This document shows, in pieces, positions 31,706 through 40,515 of a stretch of 64,000 nt of DNA. The stretch spans positions 160,001 through 224,000 of the forward strand of contig CAVVMW010000005.1 of the NCBI GenBank assembly GCA_963749495.1, read 5' to 3'. The translations under genes were made by a program, and so were the position numbers. Under the pieces are notes generated by a model. The model was given only the letters and a program-made list of their open reading frames with translations, ran no database searches and was not told the origin of the DNA. Every line of letters starts with the position of its first letter. Positions within the stretch are counted from its first letter, which is position 1. This DNA comes from an uncultured bacterium. GTDB taxonomy: Bacteria > Verrucomicrobiota > Verrucomicrobiia > Limisphaerales > UBA8199.

Positions 31706-31937
31706 ATCGTGCTCATTGAGGATTGAACGGTGGGTTCAGCCGGATGCGACCAGGCCGGGGTATGAACCTCCGCCTGGCAACCGAAGCCGAAGAAAGTCTC
31801 CGAACTCCGTTGCCCTGTGCGCCCCGCCATGCCCAGGCCGGATTCACTTGACCGGCAAGGGAGTTGCCCCGTCAAAAGAAGTAAGCCCCGAACCGACGCT
31901 TGCTGATTCCGAGCAGCTCGATTGCATTAGGAGTGCA

Positions 31938-32719
31938 TCAGGAACCAGGCTCTTTGTCAAGAACATCTATGGAAGGAAACGGTTGGTCCTTCCCGCGCGT
32001 CTGCAACAATCGTTCCACGCGCGCCCAGGCGCCGCGCCAGAACTGGGTCTCGGCATCCCACCGTGCAAGCGCGCTGCCTAACCGGTACGGTGTGCTCTCC
32101 GCCAGCCAGGCCCGGCGGTAGGGCTCACGCAAGCCGCTGACCGCGTCCACCAGGTCCGCCAGCATCCCGTGGTCCTGCGCATTCATTTGATTGCCGATAT
32201 ACAGGTCCACCAGCCTCGGACCTCGGCGGCCGGCAACGCCGCCTGGTGTCCGTGGCCCTCGACCATCTGGAGCAGGGTCTGGACGCCGTAGAACAGGCCG
32301 GCGGATGAGCCGGCGCGGACTTCAGCCCCTTCCGGTTTCACTTCGAGAGAATAGGCATCACGCGAGTCCGGGCCGGCGCTGTCGTTGCCGCCAGGCAGGC
32401 CACCGGCCTGTCCGACTCGGTTCAGCAGGATTGCCGGCCCCGCCTTGGCCGGATCGATGAGGACCCCTGTCTCACCGGCGGCGGACAACCCGGCGGCCAA
32501 TTGTTGGGCGGCGAAGGTGTCCTGTGCGCTCGGCGCTGAGGCGAAACGGATCGCCAGTCCGTTCACGGCCAGCGCGCCCTCGCCGTAGCGCACCTCCTGA
32601 GGTCGTGGCAGAAGCGGTTGGTGTGAGGCCGCGCCACAAGCCGGAGGCATCATGGCGATCAACCAGGGCAGAACGGGTTGCCACAAACGCGGGAACAATG
32701 GCTGTCGAATTGGCTTCAT
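31938..32719 (-). pseudogene. GH20 beta-N-acetylhexosaminidase-like gene with the catalytic barrel deleted
   Basis: N-terminus LLPRPQEV..DAYSLEV..AGLFYGVQTLLQM (GH20 domain 2) is joined out of frame at ~32212 to a C-terminal piece (LREPYRRAWLAESTPYRLG). Confidence 0.7.
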
Positions 32720-32789
32720 GAATGTCAGAGTTTAGGGAAACGGGTGGACCTTAGCAGAACAAAACCGAGGTGACAAGCGCCGGCGGGGA

Positions 32790-32908
32790 CTAGAGTCCTT
32801 GAATTTCAAAACGTGATGCAGACAGGTCAAGTTTGTGGCACGGGCATCCTGCCCGTGGGGGGCTTGGGCAGGATGCCCGAGCCACGGTCTGAGGCCCAGC
32901 CTTGCTAG
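32790..32908. repeat. ~118-bp CTAG-bounded element carrying a GTGGCACGGGCATCCTGCCC REP doublet
   Basis: Reverse-complement copies at 38926-39042 and 39866-39983. Confidence 0.85.
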
Positions 32909-32983
32909 AAGAACTTCGTTGCGCAAACGAACCCGAACCGGTTCACTTGAGAGCAATGAACGCAGCCAAATCAAAGTGAGCGC

Positions 32984-34669
32984 ATGACCCATCGCGTTGA
33001 CTTTCTGCTGTTCGGGCTCTACCTGGCGCTGAATATAGCGCTGGGCATGTGGGTGGCGCGGCACAAGGCGGCGGATACACGGACCTACTTCCTGGCGGGA
33101 GAGAAGCTGCCCTGGTATGCCATCGGCGGCTCGATCATCGCCGCGAACATCAGCACCGAGCACTTCATCGGGATGATTGGCGTGGCCTACGCGGTGGGAT
33201 TCGTCGTCGCTCAATGGGAGTGGGGCAACTGGTTTACCTTTTCGGCGTTGATCTGGATTTTCCTGCCGTATTACATTCGGGGCGGCTTATACACGATGCC
33301 GGAGTTCCTCGAACGGCGTTACAACCCGACGTGCCGGTATCTGTTTGCCGTCTGCTCGCTGGTCCTGTGGATCGTCGCCCAGATGGCCGCGGTCATGCTC
33401 GCCGGCGGCAAGGCAATGAAAGACATGTTCGGCGTTGACCCGTGGCTCACGATTCTGTGCCTGGCCGTGCTGGCCGGCAGTTATACGATCTATGGCGGTT
33501 TGACTTCGGTGGCCTGGACCGATTTCCTCCAGTTCGTGGTGATGATGGCGGGCGGCCTGGTGGTCACGGTCATTGGGCTGCACCAGGCCGGCGGCTTGCA
33601 CCACCTGATGCTGGTCGCGCCGGAGAAGTTCAAGATCTTCTATCCGATCACGGACAAGGACTATCCCTGGTTCGGTGTCTGGAGCTTGTTCCTCTCGATA
33701 GGGATCTGGTACAACTGCACCAACCAGTTCATCGTCCAACGGTGCCTGGGCGCCCGCAGCGAGTGGGACGCCCGCATGGGCGTGGTCTTCGCCGGGTTCA
33801 TGAAAATAGTGCTCCCACTGCTGGTGGTGATCCCGGGCATCGTCGCCTTCAAGCTCTACCCCGGCCTGGCCGACAAAGACCAGGCCTTTTCGACGCTGGT
33901 GCGCGAACTTGTCCCGGTTGGGCTCAGCGGCATTGTCATGGCGGGCCTGGCCAGTGGCATGTTGTCCCATCTCAGTTCCGTGCTCAACTCCTCCAGCACA
34001 GTCTTCACTATGGACCTCTACAAGCCGTTCCTTGGCCGCGCCAAATCCGAACGGCATCTGGTCCGCGTTGGCCGCCTCAGCGCATTTGCCATCCTGGCCA
34101 TCGCCACCCTGCTCGCCATCTGGTTCACCCGGAGGAAACTGGGGGTATTCGACTTGATCCAAAACGTGGGCGCCTGGGTGGCGGCGCCGATTGCCGCCGT
34201 TTTCCTGCTCGGCGTCCTTTGGCGCCGGACCACCGCCTTTGCCGCCACATTCGTCCTCCTCTTTGCTTTCCCCTACACGGTCTTCGTTGAGTATTATCTC
34301 TTCAAGCACGTTCCCGGGTTCATGGCCTTCGACAACTGGCTGAACCGGACCTTTGTCGTCTGGGCGACTTCAATGGTTCTCCTGGTGGTGGTCTCGCTGC
34401 TGACGCCGCCGCCCGATGCCGAGAAAATCAAGAATATCATCTGGTCTTGGAGTGCCGCCAAACTCCCGGAGAGCGAACGCCAGCGGAACCGGGGATTGCG
34501 CAACCTGCTCCTCTGGTGGTGCATTTTCATCGCCCTCATGGCCGCCCTTTATGCCTACATGACCTGGTTCCAGTTCCGGGGGCCGGGCAGTGGGAGCACC
34601 GGCCTGCGCAGCGCAGCAGTGTCGGCGGCAGTGGCGAGGGACGAGGGACGAATGACGAATGACGAATGA
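32984..34669 (+). CDS. Sodium:solute symporter (SSS/SLC5) family sugar transporter
   Basis: YFLAGEKLPWYAIGGSIIAANISTEHFIGM, YTMPEFLERRY, YGGLTSVAWTD, NQFIVQRCLGA; many TM helices. Confidence 0.92.
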   Translation: MTHRVDFLLFGLYLALNIALGMWVARHKAADTRTYFLAGEKLPWYAIGGSIIAANISTEHFIGMIGVAYAVGFVVAQWEWGNWFTFSALIWIFLPYYIRGGLYTMPEFLERRYNPTCRYLFAVCSLVLWIVAQMAAVMLAGGKAMKDMFGVDPWLTILCLAVLAGSYTIYGGLTSVAWTDFLQFVVMMAGGLVVTVIGLHQAGGLHHLMLVAPEKFKIFYPITDKDYPWFGVWSLFLSIGIWYNCTNQFIVQRCLGARSEWDARMGVVFAGFMKIVLPLLVVIPGIVAFKLYPGLADKDQAFSTLVRELVPVGLSGIVMAGLASGMLSHLSSVLNSSSTVFTMDLYKPFLGRAKSERHLVRVGRLSAFAILAIATLLAIWFTRRKLGVFDLIQNVGAWVAAPIAAVFLLGVLWRRTTAFAATFVLLFAFPYTVFVEYYLFKHVPGFMAFDNWLNRTFVVWATSMVLLVVVSLLTPPPDAEKIKNIIWSWSAAKLPESERQRNRGLRNLLLWWCIFIALMAALYAYMTWFQFRGPGSGSTGLRSAAVSAAVARDEGRMTNDE

Positions 34670-34681
34670 CGAATGACGAAT
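34633..34681. repeat. Heptamer microsatellite (GACGAAT)n
   Basis: Five perfect and two degenerate units. Supplies the TGA stop of the SSS gene. Confidence 0.85.
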
Positions 34682-34893
34682 TGAGAAGGCGCGAAGCGAT
34701 CTGGGGCACGCCAGTCCTCTGGCAAGGCGTGCGCTCTTCCTCGGGCTGAAAGCCGGAGATGCGACAGCCTGGGCTGGAGGGAGCTCGCGACCGGAGGCCC
34801 AGGGTGCGGGCACATAGATCTCTGCGCCCTGGAGGGGCGCGACAACACCCGAATCCCTTGGCAACGGTTCCCCCATAGCGGGGCGCATCATTA

Positions 34894-35296
34894 CCATTGG
34901 GGGCATGACTTGTCATTTGCACAATTGGCACTTGAGGCCGGGATTCCGGGATGATTCCCTTTCCCCATGGCACGCGCGTTGCGCATCGAACGGAGGGGCG
35001 GGCGGTATCACGTCACCCCCCGCGGCAATGAACGCCAGGACATCTTCCGTGATGACGCAGACCATTTCCATTTTTTCGTATCCCGGCTGCGCCGGCTACC
35101 GCCCGCCGCTGGCGTGGGCCTGGCGCGAGCCGCTGGCCCGGTTATGGGTTTGAGTCAACTGGCGGTTTGGACTACGCCGTAGTGAGCAAAGCCCTCGCCC
35201 GCTTTGGCCGGCGCCTCGAAGCCGACCCCCGCCTGCGAGAAGAAATAGCCGCAATCCAGGAGCGATTGTCCAAATGACGAGACATGACCCCAATGG
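34894..35296 (+). mobile_element. Miniature, internally deleted RAYT/Y1-transposase element, copy A1
   Basis: ~32-bp inverted ends CCATTGGGG(G/T)CATG.CT.GTCATTTG.ACAAT. Keeps MARALRIE..GGRYHVT.RGNERQDIFRDD (34967) and a 3' end GLDYAVVSKALARFGRRLE..RLSK; no HUH core. Confidence 0.8.
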
Positions 35297-35297
35297 G

Positions 35298-35463
35298 TTT
35301 CAAGCTGGAAGGCGTTGATCGTTTCCAGGCGGTGAAGCCAGGACACGGGCAGGGGCGGGCCGGCCTTGGCCTGAGCCTCGGCTAACCGCCGCGCCGCTTC
35401 GCCAGATTCGACCACAGGCAGGTATAGCCGACAGAGGAAATTGGTATCCGCGTACGGCCTCAT
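35298..35463 (-). pseudogene. PIN-domain (VapC-like) toxin truncated by element A1
   Basis: MRPYADTNFLCRLYL..LHRLETINAFQL then runs into the inverted repeat. Confidence 0.75.
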
Positions 35464-35702
35464 TCGCCCGCCAACAGTTTGTCCGCGCGGCGGGTTTGTT
35501 CAGGCGTCAAAGGATGCGAAAAAATCCTGGCAGTCCGGGCACGGAAGTCCGGCAGAGCCGTGATCCGGTCTGGTCCCGCGTCGGCATGCACCGTGTATAT
35601 CCGCCCGCCACGGCGGCGGATGCGGACCGCGCCATCACGGTTGCAGGCGTCCAGCACCGCTGCCGGTCCTCGGTCCAGATCTCTGAGCGTGAAGGTCTTC
35701 AT
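35460..35702 (-). CDS. Phd/YefM-like antitoxin
   Basis: MKTFTLRDLDRGPAAVLDACNRDGAVRIRRRGGR. Overlaps the toxin start by 4 nt. Confidence 0.7.
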   Translation of the reverse strand: MKTFTLRDLDRGPAAVLDACNRDGAVRIRRRGGRIYTVHADAGPDRITALPDFRARTARIFSHPLTPEQTRRADKLLAGE

Positions 35703-35703
35703 T

Positions 35704-35738
35704 ACCGACATCTTGTCGGAGTTCAGGCGCTCTGTCAA
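35704..35738 (-). promoter_or_regulatory. Sigma70-type promoter with overlapping operator palindrome for the TA pair
   Basis: TTGACA-17 nt-CAAGAT a few nt before the ATG, overlapped by CCGACA-aga-TGTCGG. Confidence 0.55.
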
Positions 35739-35801
35739 GCGCTCAAAACCATTGGGAAAACCACTGGGGTCATGTCTTGTCATTTGAAACCATTGGGAAA
35801 A

Positions 35802-36204
35802 CCATTGGGGTCATGACTTGTCATTTGGACAATTGGCACTTGAGGCCGGGATTCCGGGATGATTCCACTGGCCCATGGCACGCGCGTTGCGCATCGAACG
35901 GACGGGCGGGCGGTATCACGTCACCGCCCGCGGCAATGAACGCCAGGACATCTTCCGTGATGACGCAGACCATTTCCATTTTTTGGTATCCCGGCTACGC
36001 CGGCTACCGCCCGCCGCTCGGGTTGGTGTGGCGCCAACCGCTGGCCCGGCTATGGGTTTGAGTCAACTGGCGGTTTGGACTGCGCCGTAATGAGCAAAGC
36101 CCTCGCCCGCTTTGGCCGGCGCCTCGAAGCCGATCCCCGCCTCCGAGAAGAAATAGCCGCCATCCAGGACCGATTGTCCAAATGACAAAACATGACCCCA
36201 ATGG
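35802..36204 (+). mobile_element. Miniature RAYT element, copy A2
   Basis: Direct repeat of A1 with the same deletion junction and ends. Preceded by extra terminal stubs at 35746-35801. Confidence 0.8.
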
Positions 36205-36213
36205 GTTTACGGT

Positions 36214-36579
36214 TCAGTTTTCGAACGGCGGCATCTGCGCAATGGCGGCGTCCAGATGCCTCAGCAATTCGGGCACGCTCACCGTGGCCGCCTGCCAGAG
36301 CTTCGCCGGATCGATGGAGTCGTAGGCATGCACCAGAATGTTGCGCATCCCGATGATGGCGGACCAGGGAATCTGCGGGAACTGGGCCTGGACATCCCTC
36401 GGCACGCGGTTGGCTGCCTCGCCGATGATTTCCAACAGCCGCTCCAGACTGGTTTGGAAACGCCAGTCACCGCCCGGCCCGAGCGCAGCCTCGGCCTGGC
36501 CCGCAGTCAGCTCGACCACGCGCCGGGCCGCCTCGCGCATGTCCAGCATCGGCCCGCGCGGATTATGGTGCGGATTCAT
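36214..36579 (-). CDS. HepT-like (DUF86) HEPN ribonuclease toxin
   Basis: LEIIGEAANRV..PQIPWSAIIGMRNILVHAYDSID (RX4HXY). Confidence 0.9.
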   Translation of the reverse strand: MNPHHNPRGPMLDMREAARRVVELTAGQAEAALGPGGDWRFQTSLERLLEIIGEAANRVPRDVQAQFPQIPWSAIIGMRNILVHAYDSIDPAKLWQAATVSVPELLRHLDAAIAQMPPFEN

Positions 36580-36880
36580 CGAAAATCGTTAGTGCGTGCT
36601 TTTCCACTAGCGGTCGTAGCCACGGGCGCAGGTGCGTGCAGAAATCCACCCTGTGGCCCAAAATTTCCGCCAACTGCTCACCGTAGAGGAAATATTCCCA
36701 GCCGGAATTGCGCAGGGCGGCCGGGTCGAATTCCGCCAACACGTCCACGTCGCTCCGCCGCGCATCGAAATCGTCGCGCAACACCGAGCCGAACAACCTC
36801 AACTTGCGGATGCCCCGCTCGCGGCAGAACGCCGCGATTTTCTCGCGGTGAATCTGGATCGGCAATTGGGCAATGCTCAT
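36563..36880 (-). CDS. MntA-like minimal nucleotidyltransferase antitoxin
   Basis: IAAFCRERGIRKLRLFGSVLRDDF..SDVDVLAEF (GSX10-11DXD). Overlaps the HEPN gene. Confidence 0.9.
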   Translation of the reverse strand: MSIAQLPIQIHREKIAAFCRERGIRKLRLFGSVLRDDFDARRSDVDVLAEFDPAALRNSGWEYFLYGEQLAEILGHRVDFCTHLRPWLRPLVEKHALTIFDESAP

Positions 36881-36965
36881 GAGCCCATCTTGGCACATTC
36901 TTGCGCTGGCGGCAATGTTCATTCCCTTCAGCTCGACTCCAGCTCATCGCCGATTAAAACGTGAC

Positions 36966-37087
36966 GGGGTTCAGAACCCCGAACCCGGAGCGAAAAAGCC
37001 CTTACATTGCGCATTTTCGAGTGACAGCACGGACGGGGCAGCCACAATGGGACCATGCCGGGCCAACTGCGCATTCAGTTTCCGTGA
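36966..37087 (+). mobile_element. 5' stub of a second RAYT-type element, copy B1
   Basis: AAGCCCTTACATTGCGCATTTTCGAGTG..GGGGCAGCCACAATGG..ATG PGQLRIQFP stop. Matches 38146-38240. Confidence 0.7.
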
Positions 37088-37220
37088 AGTCCCCGAATTC
37101 GGAATGCCAATCATCTGTTCATCTCTGCTTGCTGGCGGTTTTCTCCCAGATAGGCCTTTTCCAGCCGTTCTTTCAAGCTCGGCACCTCCGGGCCAGGTCG
37201 CCCCTGGACGCGGCGTGGGC

Positions 37221-37286
37221 GGGGTCAGACCGTAGAAAGGGCCATTCCGAACGGACAAAGCTGAGCTTTTTCTACGGTCTGCCCCC
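37221..37286. repeat. GGGGTCAGACC-ended inverted repeat (REPIN-like)
   Basis: GGGGTCAGACCGTAGAAA ... TTTCTACGGTCTGCCCCC. Confidence 0.7.
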
Positions 37287-37459
37287 CCCATTAGAAGACG
37301 GAATGGTCAGGGCGGCGTCGGGTGCCCCCTCGCGCCTCCGGGGCGCCTCCTGGGGGCGCCCCGGCACCGCGCCGCCCGTGACCCACAAGAAACCGCTTTC
37401 TTTGCGCCCACGGATGCCCTACTTTCAGGGTGCGTGAGCAATCGCTTGCTGACCTTGCT

Positions 37460-37681
37460 ATGAGCGCGGAAGAAATTATCGAAAAATTGCCTGAATTGAC
37501 GGCGCGGGAGCTCGAGTTGGTTCGCGCTAAGCTGGAGGAACTAACCGAGGGCGGCGAGCGTCGGCACCAAACACTCGGGGAAGCCCTTCTCGAATTCGCC
37601 GGGACGGCCGAAGGCCTGCCCCCAGACATGGCCGAGAACCACGATCATTATCTCTACGGCGTGCCCAAGAGGAGCCGATGA
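37460..37681 (+). CDS. Putative antitoxin
   Basis: FAGTAEGLPPDMAENHDHYLYG tail typical of PIN-associated antitoxins. ATGA overlap with the toxin. Confidence 0.75.
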   Translation: MSAEEIIEKLPELTARELELVRAKLEELTEGGERRHQTLGEALLEFAGTAEGLPPDMAENHDHYLYGVPKRSR

Positions 37682-38082
37682 TATTTGCCGACACCTCTTA
37701 TTTCCTGGCGCTTGTCAATCCCGGCGACGTCTGGCACGCCACCGCGCGCGGGATGAGCGCCGCATTGGCCGAGCCACTGCTCTCCACTGACTGGGTACTG
37801 GCGGAATTAACGGACGCGATGTCAAAGGGGCGCAATCGGGCCACCGTGGTGTCCTTCCTGCGAATGCTCCGCTGGCGAAAGGAGGTGACGTTGATCGCCG
37901 CGTCCCGCGAGCTTTTTGACCGCGGGCTGGAACTCTTTGCCAACCGACCCGACAAGGAGTGGTCGCTCACCGATTGCACTTCGTTCGTGATCATGGAGGA
38001 CCACGGCGTGCGCTCCGCCTTGACGGCGGACCATCACTTCGAGCAGGCGGGTTTTGAGGTCCTCCTGAGGCTGGAGCAGTAA
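37678..38082 (+). CDS. vapC: PIN-domain VapC-family toxin
   Basis: IFADTSYFLAL, VLAEL, DKEWSLTDCTSFVIM, ALTADHHFEQAGF. Confidence 0.9.
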   Translation: MIFADTSYFLALVNPGDVWHATARGMSAALAEPLLSTDWVLAELTDAMSKGRNRATVVSFLRMLRWRKEVTLIAASRELFDRGLELFANRPDKEWSLTDCTSFVIMEDHGVRSALTADHHFEQAGFEVLLRLEQ

Positions 38083-38145
38083 CGCTACAATACGCGGCAG
38101 TGGGAGGCATTGTCTGACCAGACCTGGGCCGGCTATCGCCAGAAA

Positions 38146-38300
38146 GGCGTCAAGCCCTCACATTGTGCATTTTCGAGTGAGAGCACGGGCGGGGCAGCCA
38201 CAATGGACCATGCCGCGCCAACTGCGCATTCAGTTTCCGGGTGCCGTGTACCATCTCATGAATGGTGGGCATCGGCGCGATGACATTCACAAAGACCCGC
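38146..38300 (+). mobile_element. 5' stub of RAYT-type element, copy B2
   Basis: GGCGTCAAGCCCTCACATTG end; MPRQLRIQFPGAVYHLMNGGHRRDDI from 38210. Confidence 0.72.
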
Positions 38301-38325
38301 GATTGCCGTTTCGAGGGCGGCCTAA

Positions 38326-38486
38326 GGAGGCCATTCACAATAACATGAACACGTTCGCTTGGTCTTTTGACCGCTGGCTTCGTTGCTCGCTCGTTACAGA
38401 CCGCTGCGGGTATGCTCCTCCCTCGCGCCTCGCCAGCGGTCAAAATCCCGGCGCGCCCGTTGTCCATGTTATTGTGAATGGCCTCC
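38326..38486. mobile_element. MITE with ~25-bp terminal inverted repeats and TAA duplication
   Basis: taa-GGAGGCCATTCACAATAACATG ... CATGTTATTGTGAATGGCCTCC-taa. Confidence 0.75.
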
Positions 38487-38925
38487 TAAATCCACCCCAT
38501 GGATAGCCGGCCCAAGCGTAAAAACTCCGCATTGTCCGAACAGTCCGCTCTGTCCGTGGACAGGAGCGGTGGAGGCGGCGCATAGTGGCATCCATGAGAA
38601 ATTCCAGCTTTCAATCCCTCCAACTGGACCGCCGCCGCGCTGACCGCATCGAAGCCGAGGCCCAAGCCAGGCACGCCAACGCTCCCACCATGCCGCGAGC
38701 CCTTTGGCGGTTCTGCCCGGCGCGAAGCGCTGGTCTTCACGTTAGCCTTTAGCCTTTCCTCCCTCCGTAGTCCCGATAGGATCGGGACGGAGGACGGGCA
38801 GCCTTTAGCCTTGTAAAATGCGCCTCCGCGAAAGAAAGTTGCCGCATAGTCGTCATAGCCCGCATAGTCCTTGGACGCCCAGGCTCGTCCGAGGCCAGAC
38901 TTGCCGCATGACGGTAAAGAATTGT

Positions 38926-39216
38926 CTAACGAGGTGGGGCCTCAGACCGTGGCTTGGGCATCCTGCCCAAGCCCCACGGGCAGGATGCCCGTGCCACAAA
39001 CTTGACCTGTCTGCATCACGTTTTGAAACTCAAGGACTCTAGCGACGCGTAGCCTCCGACCATGGGGCAGGCCCCCGATCCGACCCGCCCCCTCACCCAC
39101 CCTCCGGGCACCCTCTCCCCCTCCCAGGGGGAGAGGGAAGGGGTGAGGGGGCCGCCCATAGGCTGGCTCCACAACTTGTTCTGTTTACCACACCTTTCTC
39201 GATTCAAGGACTCTAG
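38926..39216. repeat. Two tandem units ending TCAAGGACTCTAG, each with a different REP core
   Basis: 38926-39042 has the GGGCATCCTGCCC doublet; 39039-39216 has the CCCCTCACC..GGTGAGGGG hairpin. Confidence 0.75.
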
Positions 39217-39226
39217 CCGCGCCCCT

Positions 39227-39838
39227 GTGACCACCAGCCCACCAAAGTTGCACGCCGGCCCGAACGAGCCGCCCCTGACCACCCTCAAGCGTCTGCCCAC
39301 CCAGGACCGCGCCGAGATCTGGACTTGGCGCGAGCAGCCCGGCATGAGCAGTGCCGCCATTCGCGCCCGCATCCGCGAGGCCTACGCCATCGAGCTCCGC
39401 TGGGACTCGCAGCTCTCCGAATTCTGGAGCTGGCAGTTCCGCCAAATGCAGTGGGAACGCCTCGGCGAGATCACCGCCCAGGACGAGCAGATCCTGCAAG
39501 CCCACCACCCGCAGCTTGACCGGCAGCGCCTCCGCCAGGCCGCCATCGCCCGCCTCTATGCCTCCGCTGACATCGCCCAGGATGCCAGGCTCAGCTTGAG
39601 CGTCATCACCACCGACATCAGAGACTCGGGCGACCGCCGTCGCTGGGAAAAACTCCGGCTGGAGCAACAGAAGAAAATCGCGGCCGCCTTGGACGAACTC
39701 GCCGGCGTGCTCGAGGCCTACCCCGATCTCCTGGAGGAATACAGGCTCTTGAGTGGACGCGTCCGGCAACGCCTCAATGCCGATGCCGGCCCCGCCGCGG
39801 AATCACCAGCGCCCGCCCCCAACCCGCCCCAACCATGA
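39227..39838 (+). CDS. Hypothetical helical protein, possibly Mu gp27/DUF3486-like
   Basis: LKRLP..DRAEIWTW..IRARIREAYAIEL..SQLSEFWSW..KLRLEQQKKIAAALDEL. GTG start just after the repeat; resemblance is by eye only. Confidence 0.55.
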   Translation: MTTSPPKLHAGPNEPPLTTLKRLPTQDRAEIWTWREQPGMSSAAIRARIREAYAIELRWDSQLSEFWSWQFRQMQWERLGEITAQDEQILQAHHPQLDRQRLRQAAIARLYASADIAQDARLSLSVITTDIRDSGDRRRWEKLRLEQQKKIAAALDELAGVLEAYPDLLEEYRLLSGRVRQRLNADAGPAAESPAPAPNPPQP

Positions 39839-39865
39839 GTGCCCTCCGTTTACGCAACAGACCAC

Positions 39866-39983
39866 CTAACGAGGCGGGGCCTCAGACCGTGGCTTGGGCA
39901 TCCTGCCCAAGCAACCACGGGCAGGATGCCCGTGCCACAAACTTGACCTTTCTGCACCATGTTTTGAAATTCAAGGACTCTAG
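39866..39983. repeat. Third copy of the ~118-bp REP-carrying element
   Basis: Near-identical to 38926-39042. Confidence 0.85.
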
Positions 39984-40515
39984 GACCCCTACAGGCCGGC
40001 CACCGCAGGAGGGCCACAGAGTTCATGAACCCCCATGCCCGCGAACCCTCGCGACTCCGGCACATTGCGGCAGATTACCGCAAACCAACGCAAATTCGGG
40101 CAAATTCCCAGAAATTCCCACAAATTCCCACAGATTTTCCCCATGTTCAACCGCGCCTCTGCAGGGTCAGGCCCGCCTCTGCCGCTTTTTCGAACCCAGA
40201 GGTTGGGACGCGAAAGCGGCAGAGGACTGCCGCACTCCAAAACCTTCGGGCTCGGGGTCGGTTCCTGGAGAGGGTTTCAGCGGCGATTCAAACCGCTCAG
40301 GGTAGTTGCACAGGGGCGGCGTGACCCAGGGTAGCGCGTTCCGCGCAATCCTGGGCTGAATGACTCCGATCCCTTCGGGATGGATCAGGGATGCCAGCGT
40401 TGGGCCTGGCCATGCATGTCATGGTGGTACCGGGCAGGTGTGCCGGCTGGAAAGCCGCCATCATCGGCGGGCTTGAAACCCCGCCCCATTGAGATAGCCT
40501 TTTAACGCGCCACGT

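Noticed and set aside
31780..31840. c-di-GMP-I riboswitch (GCACAGGGCAA on the minus strand)
   Set aside because: The GNRA tetraloop, GCAAA(G) junction and P3 receptor elements are absent; only a generic GGCAAC/GTTGCC stem.
39227..39838. Prophage
   Set aside because: A single weakly phage-like gene, with no terminase, capsid, tail or integrase.
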